DNA from: Eledone cirrhosa
Taxonomy: Eukaryota
Length of the DNA: 64,000 nucleotides
Direction of reading: 5' to 3'
Assembly (NCBI GenBank): GCA_964016885.1
Contig: OZ024753.1
Location: 37,944,001 to 38,008,000 of the forward strand
The notes beneath the pieces are model-generated. The model did not search any database. It had not been told where the DNA came from and was given only the letters and a program-made list of their open reading frames with translations. Position numbers and translations under genes: made by a program. Positions within the stretch are counted from its first letter, which is position 1. The number at the start of each line of letters is the position of its first letter. Shown piece by piece: positions 49,425-57,774 of this stretch.

Positions 49425-52400
49425 AGGCACATGGCTTAGTGGTTAGAGCATTGGCCTTGCAATCGAAAGGTTGTGAGTTCAATTCTCAGACCGGGTGATG
49501 TGTTGTTTCCTTGAGCAAGACACTTTATTTCACATTGCTCCAGTTTACTCAGCTGTAGAAATGAGATGATAGGGACTGGGGTCCCTATCATTCCACTGCA
49601 AAGTGGTCGTGGAGGTGCCACGGCAAAAAAGCACTCAGCACTCACTGTAAATGAGGTTGGTGTTAGGAAGGGCATCCAGCTGTAGAAATCAAGTCAGAAT
49701 CAGTTCCTGTCCCACCCTTGCAAGCAGGGAGAAGCAGACGAAATATGAAATGATGATGATGATGATGTGCGTGTGTGAATAGATGTGATATTGTGTGTGA
49801 ATTTATAGATATATGATATATGAGAGTGTGTGTATATATATATATATATATGATGATGATGATGTATGATAATGTGTGTGTGTATGTATAGATATATGAT
49901 GTATGAAAGTGTGTGTAACTATATGAGAATGTGTGTTACTTACAATTCAACTTCTGCTGTAGAAATCTCAGTTTCATTGCAGTTCGGTAGGCAGCAAACC
50001 GAATATTATTAAACTCACCTGAAAATAATAATAATAAATAAACAAACAATTGAAGATTAAAAATGAAACATGTGTCCATGTGTTTAGTTCTCTCACAAAC
50101 AAATTATTAGACAGTCTGCCAGTCAATTCTTAGAAACTTCAATATTTTCAAATATTTAGAAATAAATAAAATGTAAAAATAATTTTTTTAAATATGACAT
50201 TTGAAGTGCACAGATAAGTAAGTTTAGCTGGCCTCCTACAAGCTTTCTTGGGTGTTTTAATGATAGAGGCCTCACCCAGTCCTATCATGTTAGTGTTACT
50301 GCTGACATTTATGTAGGTTTAGCTAGCTTCAATCCTATCATGAAAAAGCAACATGAAATGAAGCACCTTGCTTAAGAGCACAACATATCATCTGGTCAAG
50401 GAATATAACCTACAACTTCATAAAGATGAAAGTTGACCTCGGTAAGATTTGACCTCAGATCTGAGCTGAGGAAGAATACTACAAAGTATTCTAACAATCT
50501 AACAATTTGCCACTCTAAGCACATTAAATAGCTTATATTGACAACTTAGTTCTAGTTCTGTCAGTTAAGAACACAAATTATTGGATGTAGTATCAATGTT
50601 ATATTGAATAGATTAATTAGATTATAGGATCTCTGGCTAGAGATGGGATGGAAGGAAGGAGAAAGACAACAGGGATAGAGTGGGAGGAGAGGGGGGGTAG
50701 AGTGGGAGGAGAGGGGGGATAGAGTGGGAGGAGAGGGAAATAGTGTGGGTGTGTGTGGGGAATTGAAGAACTGTGAGAGAGAGTACATACAAAAATATTT
50801 ATATAGTCAGGGAAGGAGAAGAGGGAGAAAAGGCTGTTTGTGTGTGATTCTGTGTGTATGTGAGCATGTGTGAGTGTAAGCATGTATGTGTCTGTGTGAG
50901 TGAATGTGTATATACATGTATGTGTCTGTGTGATATATTTTATATATATATATATGACAGGGAGGAAGTGTGTGTGTGTGTGTGTGTGTAAGGGCACACA
51001 AAAGCCTATATAGGTAAGGAGGGAGAGGTGGAAAAGTAGAGGCAGAGAAGTGATGGGGGGGAGGGGTTAAGTTGTTAGCCTGCTTTGATCTAACAAAGAT
51101 CTTTTGAAGTAATTTGTCCATCAAAATATCTGGAATGTTCCGATTTATTTACCTTCCCTCAGATGTCTTTTTTGTTTCAATTCAGTAAGGAGTGAGGAGG
51201 AAAAAAAACAAAAAAACATTTCTGTCTGGTTTCATTCAACGCTTTGTAGAAATAAATATCTCACCTAACATCAGAAGAACATTAGTTTAAAAGGTTCCAT
51301 TTAGAATAAAAAGGCTTTCACTCTTCTCAACATTACTAAGATAACAAGTTAACCAAGACAATAATAATAAATAGAAGGAACATCAACAACAACAACAGTA
51401 GTAACAATAAAGAATGAGAAGGAACATGGCCTAGTGGTTAGGTTGTTGGATAATAATAAGATCATGGGTTCTATTCCTGGACTGAGTAGCATTTGTGTTC
51501 TGAAGCAAGAGGCTTTGTTTCACATTGCTTAATCATAATAGAACTGGCATCCTATCACTAAAACACTTGAGAAACCACCTAAGAGGCCACCTAAATACAT
51601 TTACATAGATGTGAGATGTATCAACATGATAGGACAGGGCCCCTATCATTAAAGCACATAAGAAACCTTTTGAGATTCACCTTTGTGGGGGGGGCCAGCT
51701 AAATTTATATGTGTTAGCTATAACAGCAACACAATATGAATGAGGTCACCCATCCTTAAATCACTCAAGAAACCTCCTATGAGATACAACCTCATAGGAA
51801 ACTAGTTAAACCTACACGGGTGTGAGCTGGAATAACATGATAGGACTGGGGCCTCAATCATTAAAACATCTGAGAAACCTCCTATGAGAAACAACCTCAA
51901 GGGAAACCAACTAACCTATAACAACAACATAAGACTGGGGGCCCTACCATTAAAACATTAAAACACCCAAGAAACCCCCTTGTAGAAGGCCAGCTAAATT
52001 GATATAGGTGCAAACTGGAACAACATGCTATCACTGGGACTCCTATAATTAAAATATCCAAGAAACCTCCTATGAGATGCAACCTTATAGAAGGCTAGTT
52101 ATACCTACATAGGTGCGAGCTATAAATTTCATTTACCCATTTCATTTTTTTTTGTGGTGGGAAGGAGATAATTGTAATAGAGGTGGCACGATTAAGAGAC
52201 AGTTGTAGAAGGAGATTTTTAAAGTGACATTGCCAATAGAGAAAATAGACATCAAATTATAGTGATTCTCCTACATAATGTTTATCTATTGTATTAAATA
52301 AAAAACAACTGAAGTTGTAGAAAATTATGAAAACTCTTGAATAACAAGAATCGAAAATAGCCAAAATGTTTTTTCCAGTATTGTGACATTTCAAACAATC

Positions 52401-55400
52401 CATCTTCAGCTAATAATCTGCTCAAAATATCTGTTACTACCTAATCTGTTAATACACGACACTGGTTTAAAGGTTATGGTTAATACAACATATACACACA
52501 CCATCACATACACATATAGCCAAGAACAAAGTGAAATCTATTTTAATTCTTAACATCCTGTACTGCATGAAACCGCATTAGCAAGAAGGACAGTGTCTTT
52601 ATTTATTTAACCTTTAGTTAGTAATAGATGGAGGTACGTGGCCTAGTGGTATGTGTGTTGGGACTTACAATCATAACATTATGGGTTTGATTCCTGGTCT
52701 GGCTTGTGTGTTGTGTTCTTGAGCAAAACACTTCCTTTCATGTTGCTCCAGTATACTCAACTAAAAATGAGTACCAGTAGTAGCTGCGTGTTTAACCCTG
52801 CGCTGGATTGACGTCCAGTTCAGGAGGTAGTCTTGTACTTTCAGTTACTTTACACCACAAAAAATGGGATAAGCACCGGCCCGATGAGCCTCTGGATTTG
52901 AGACTAGACAAGGATAGATGGGTGGTGCTATGTCCCTTTTCAGAACTAGGACCAGTTTCAGGTTGTTTGGTAACAATAACGTTGATATAATGTTGAATTT
53001 TGCTTTAGTTATGGTACATCTGATACATCTGGTAAATAAGTTGGGATATCTGGCAAGACATTATTTATTAAAAGTATTTCTAATTTTGATAAATTTTGTG
53101 TAATTTATTGTATATTGTAATTCAGCCAAATTAATTATATTATTCCATTTAAGAAAATTAGATTATAAAAATGAATTTAATTATATAATTTCCTTCAAGA
53201 GTTGATCAATTTTCTGAAACACTTGAACCAAGCTTGTCTAAAAGAACACTTTTGTTACCATATTTCTAATGAAATATACTGCTTATGATTGTTAAATAAT
53301 TTTGAAAATAATCCAGAATTTGGAAGGATTTAGTAATATAACTAACTTTGTCATTATTAAATTGGTACTTGTCACATAATTTAAAGCTTTTTAGATAAAT
53401 ATAAACACTTTAACCCCTTTATCACCAGATTTCTGATAAAATACACTATCTAAATCAATGAAGAAGGATTTGGAGGGATTTACAAAACTTATTACATTTA
53501 TTAAGATATTTGAAACATAATGAAAAGGTTCTTGTATTAAATTATGTTTAATTTAAATAGGAACTTTTTAAATGAATGGTTTTATTTGGCTAGAGCAAAC
53601 AGCTTTGTATTATAGAACTAGCAGTGGTTTCATGTGGGTGGGTGGGTATCAAAAGGGTTAGAGAGAGAACCAGGGGTGTTTTTTGAGGTGGGTGGCTGTC
53701 AAAAGAGGTGACACAAATTAAAGGTCAGCATTAGAAGTAATTTATTTTAAAAGAAAGGCCAGACAGATTTTCTAAATTCCAAAAGAATTGCACACAAAAC
53801 AACATTGCAAGACAAACATTTCTAATTTTACAGAAGAAAAAAAAGCCCACTAAGTTGATAAGTGCTGATATGAAAGATATAAATAAGAACCACATGCTGA
53901 ATATGTAAGAGATATTAAAAGACATAAATAAATCTGTGTTGATAAGCCAAGAAATATCTGTCGTTCAAAATAAATACATACAGACTTGAATACACAGTTT
54001 CATACTTTAATTAGTTTTATGGTTAACAGTGACATAATTAATACATATATAATATAAATTACCTTCTAATTTAATGCTTTAAGATTATGCAGATATATAC
54101 GGTACTGGCAACAATAAAACAGAAAAGAGGGGAGAATAAATATTACCAAGGTAACCTAATCTCTGGTTTCATGTTTTTATTTCTTCTTCTTCCCTGTACT
54201 TATTTTATTTTGATACCTCAATATTTACAATCACATCTGAAGCAGCTTCCAACACATATATTATTGACTGAATACACACGTTTTTCTAAAAAAGAACTTT
54301 TTCCTTTCTTTCTGCTTCTTACTCTCTATCGTTCTATTTAATCTTAATTTCTAATGAAGGACTAGTGTCTGAAATGTTAAACTAATATATTTCTTCATTT
54401 GTTATTTTTGTTCACTTTTTGCATATACATATATATATCATCATCATCATCATCATCATCATTTTACGTCCGCTTTTCCCTGCTTGCAAGGGTGGGACGG
54501 GTCTTATTCAGCACAGCATCTCTCCACTCGTCACGGTCCCTCGTCATCTCCACCGTGAGCTTCAATGATCTGAGGTCTGTTCTCACCACCTCCGCCCATG
54601 TTTTTCGTGGTCTACCTCTACTACGTCTTCCTTCAACTGGCATTTCCTGGCACTTCTTCACCCATCGGTCATCCTCCATGCGCATCACATGTCCATACCA
54701 CCTCAGTCTCCTCTCCCGTACACTACATTCTATCCCTCTCAGACACAGTTTCTCTCTCAACACATTTATGCTGGGTCGTTCACGCACATTTACACTGCAC
54801 ATCCAACGGAGCATGCTTGCCTCATTTCTCTCCAGCCGTCGCATATCTTCTGCGGTAGCTGCCCATGTCTCACTACCATGCAGCATCGCGCTCCTCACAC
54901 AGGCATCATACAACCGGCCTTTCGTACGCAGGGAGAAACCCTTCTTCGTCAACAGAGGAAGCAGCTCCCTAAACTTCTTCCAACCCGTCCTTATTCTAGA
55001 TACTATGGCCTCGGAACACCCTCCTCCCATGCTAATCTGATCTCCTAGGTACCGGAAGCTATCCACCACTTCTATAGCGCCCTCTCGCATTTGAAAAATG
55101 TGTCTATCAGTGCGACTTCTACTGTCTAATTTCCCTGTACATCTACTGCATACATATTTCTCCCTACCTGTTAGTTTGCCTGCTATCCCGCTACATCTCT
55201 TGTGTACCCAGGACCTACATTGTGTGCATTTTATAGAATTTATGCCAGTTCCTTTTCTGCATATCGAACATGGCCATTTCCCTGACGGAATCAGGGTTTT
55301 GTCCTCTTTTCTACTCATCAACACTTTTGTCTTAGCTAGATTTACTCTCAGTCCTCTTGCTTCCAACTGCTGTTTCCATAGCCGGAATTTATTCTCTAGC

Positions 55401-57734
55401 TCCTCTACTGATTCTGCCATAAGAGCCAGATCGTCAGCATAGAGAAGTTCCCATGGACAGCCAGTCTTAAACTCCTCTGTTATGGCTTGGAGGACTATAA
55501 TGAACAAGAGCGGGCTGAGGACCGAACCCTGATGTACTCCTACTTGTATCTGGAATTCCTCACTAAACTCCATTCCTACCCTGACTTTACTGAGAGTACC
55601 TCTGTACAAAGTTTGCACTGTCCTTACAAGCCATTCCTCAACACCCAGCTTCCTTAGGGACCACCAGATGACAGATCGGGGTACCCTATCAAAGGCCTTC
55701 TCTAGGTCAACAAAGGCCAAGTATAGTGGCTTATTCTTCTCTAAGAACCTCTCTTGCATTTGTCTCACCAAGAAGAGGGCATCTGTTGTACTCTTCCCAG
55801 GCACAAAACCAAACTGCATCTCATCTAGTTTGACCCTTTCTCTAATTAGTTGTGCTAAAATCCTTTCTGCCACTTTCATAACCTGATCTATCAGTTTTAT
55901 ACCCCTATAATTGCTCCTCTCCAAAGCATCCCCTTTACCTTTGTAGCAATTTATGAGAATACTGCTGCACCAGTCTTTGGGTATGACACCACCATATATA
56001 GCCTGATTGATTATGCGTGCAACCAGTTTAGTGCCTACGTCCCCTGATGCCTTCAGCATCTCAGCAACTATTCCCGATGGTCCGGCCGCCTTACCATTTT
56101 TCATTTCCCTAATCGCCTCTTGGACCCTATATTCGTCAATCTCAATAGCTGGTCCCTCTGTCGGATCTACCAAGGGTAATTTCTCTCTCTCCCATTCGTT
56201 CTCCACATTCATCAGTCTCTCATAATGGCATTTCCAGGCCTCCTTTTTCTGGTCATTCGTGACACTAAGTACACCGGCATCATCCCGGACACATTTATCA
56301 CCAACAACATCCTGATTTGCATTGACACACTGCCTTGCAATGTGGAACACCGCACGCCTCTGATCTTCCCGTCGCAGAACATTGGCAAACCTCCTACTCT
56401 CTGCCTCCCTGCGTGCTAAGTACACCTGACGTCTAGCTTCTCTCTTAGTGGCTGTATATTCTTCCCTACTCCCACCCTTATTCCAAGCCTTCCATGCTAG
56501 TCTTTTGTCTCTAATAGCCTTATCTACACTGCTGTTCCACCACCAGGTCACTCTCTGTCTGGTTGGGGCTCTGCTCCAGCCACAAGTTTCATCAGTAGCC
56601 TTCAGCAAGTTGTCACGTAAGAACTTCCAGTTATTATCTATGTCATACGTCTCTAAATCGTCTTCTTTTTCGTCATATACATCTTGAAGGGCTTTCCTAA
56701 ATTTGAATTTTAGTGAAAGGTCTTTTAGCTTCCAGACCTTTCTTCTCCACACCTTCCTATATGGCTCATTCCATCTCTTGCTTACTGAGATATCACTAAC
56801 AACTAACCTATGCTGTGGGGTACATTCTTCCCCAGGGTATGCCTTGGTATTAGACACTATCTGCCTGTCCCGCTGCCTAACTAGCAGGAAGTCAATCTGG
56901 CTTATGTGCTCACCAGATTTGTAGGTTATTAGGTGATTGGCAGGTTTCTGGAAGTTTGTGTTGCAAATAGTCAATGTACTTGCATCACAAAATTCAAGAA
57001 GTCTCACTCCTTCTTCATTTCTTGAACCGTAACCGTGCCCACCATGTACCCCAGTGTAACCATCCTGGAGCTGTCCAACATGACCATTGAAGTCTCCTGC
57101 TAGCATAACGATGTCTCCGTCCTCTGTCATTGTGGTTGTTTGCAAAAGTTGCTCATAAAAGCAGTCTTTCTCATCTTTGCCTAGGCCTGCTTGGGGAGCA
57201 TAGACCGAGATGATTGTCAGTAGTCTCCTACCTACAACTAATCTAAGCTTAATTATTCGATTACTAACTCGAACTACCTCTATTGTCTTATTGATCCATT
57301 TCTCAGCCAGGAAAATGCCTACTCCCCCTAACCCATCATCCTTACCTACCCAGAATAGCTTATAGCTAAGACGCTTGCCTACGACTAGTCTCGCAGAGGC
57401 ACCTCTCCATCTCACCTCTTGCACGCAGCACACATCCACCTGCCTTCTCTCCAGCATCTCCGCTATTTCAGCAGATCTACCTCTGAGAGTGCCAACATTA
57501 AGTGTTGCAACTCTGAGATGCGACGTCTTCATATTTTTTTCTATGCTGTTTTGTTGCTGTGCTGATAAGCTTTTTGGCATTGATACACTGGTTGGATGCC
57601 CTTCCTAACACCAGCGCCACTTTACAGCATGGACTGGGTGCTTTTATTTGTGCCACCAGCACTAGAGAGGATGTCTTACTAGACTCAAGGGCCCTCTCTA
57701 CCCCTCCATTTTACAGCATGGTCATTTAAAAAAA

Positions 57735-57774
<40 letters not shown>

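Noticed and set aside
49423-49495. tRNA gene
   Set aside because: A/B boxes are present but continue into a SINE body and tail; these are SINE heads (also 58472 and 62563).
50807-51124. MDKLLQKIFVRSKQ as an alternative first exon
   Set aside because: No canonical phase-compatible GT donor follows; the rest is low-complexity sequence.
54399-57608. Several plus-strand ORFs up to 213 aa
   Set aside because: Antisense shadows of the LINE ORF.
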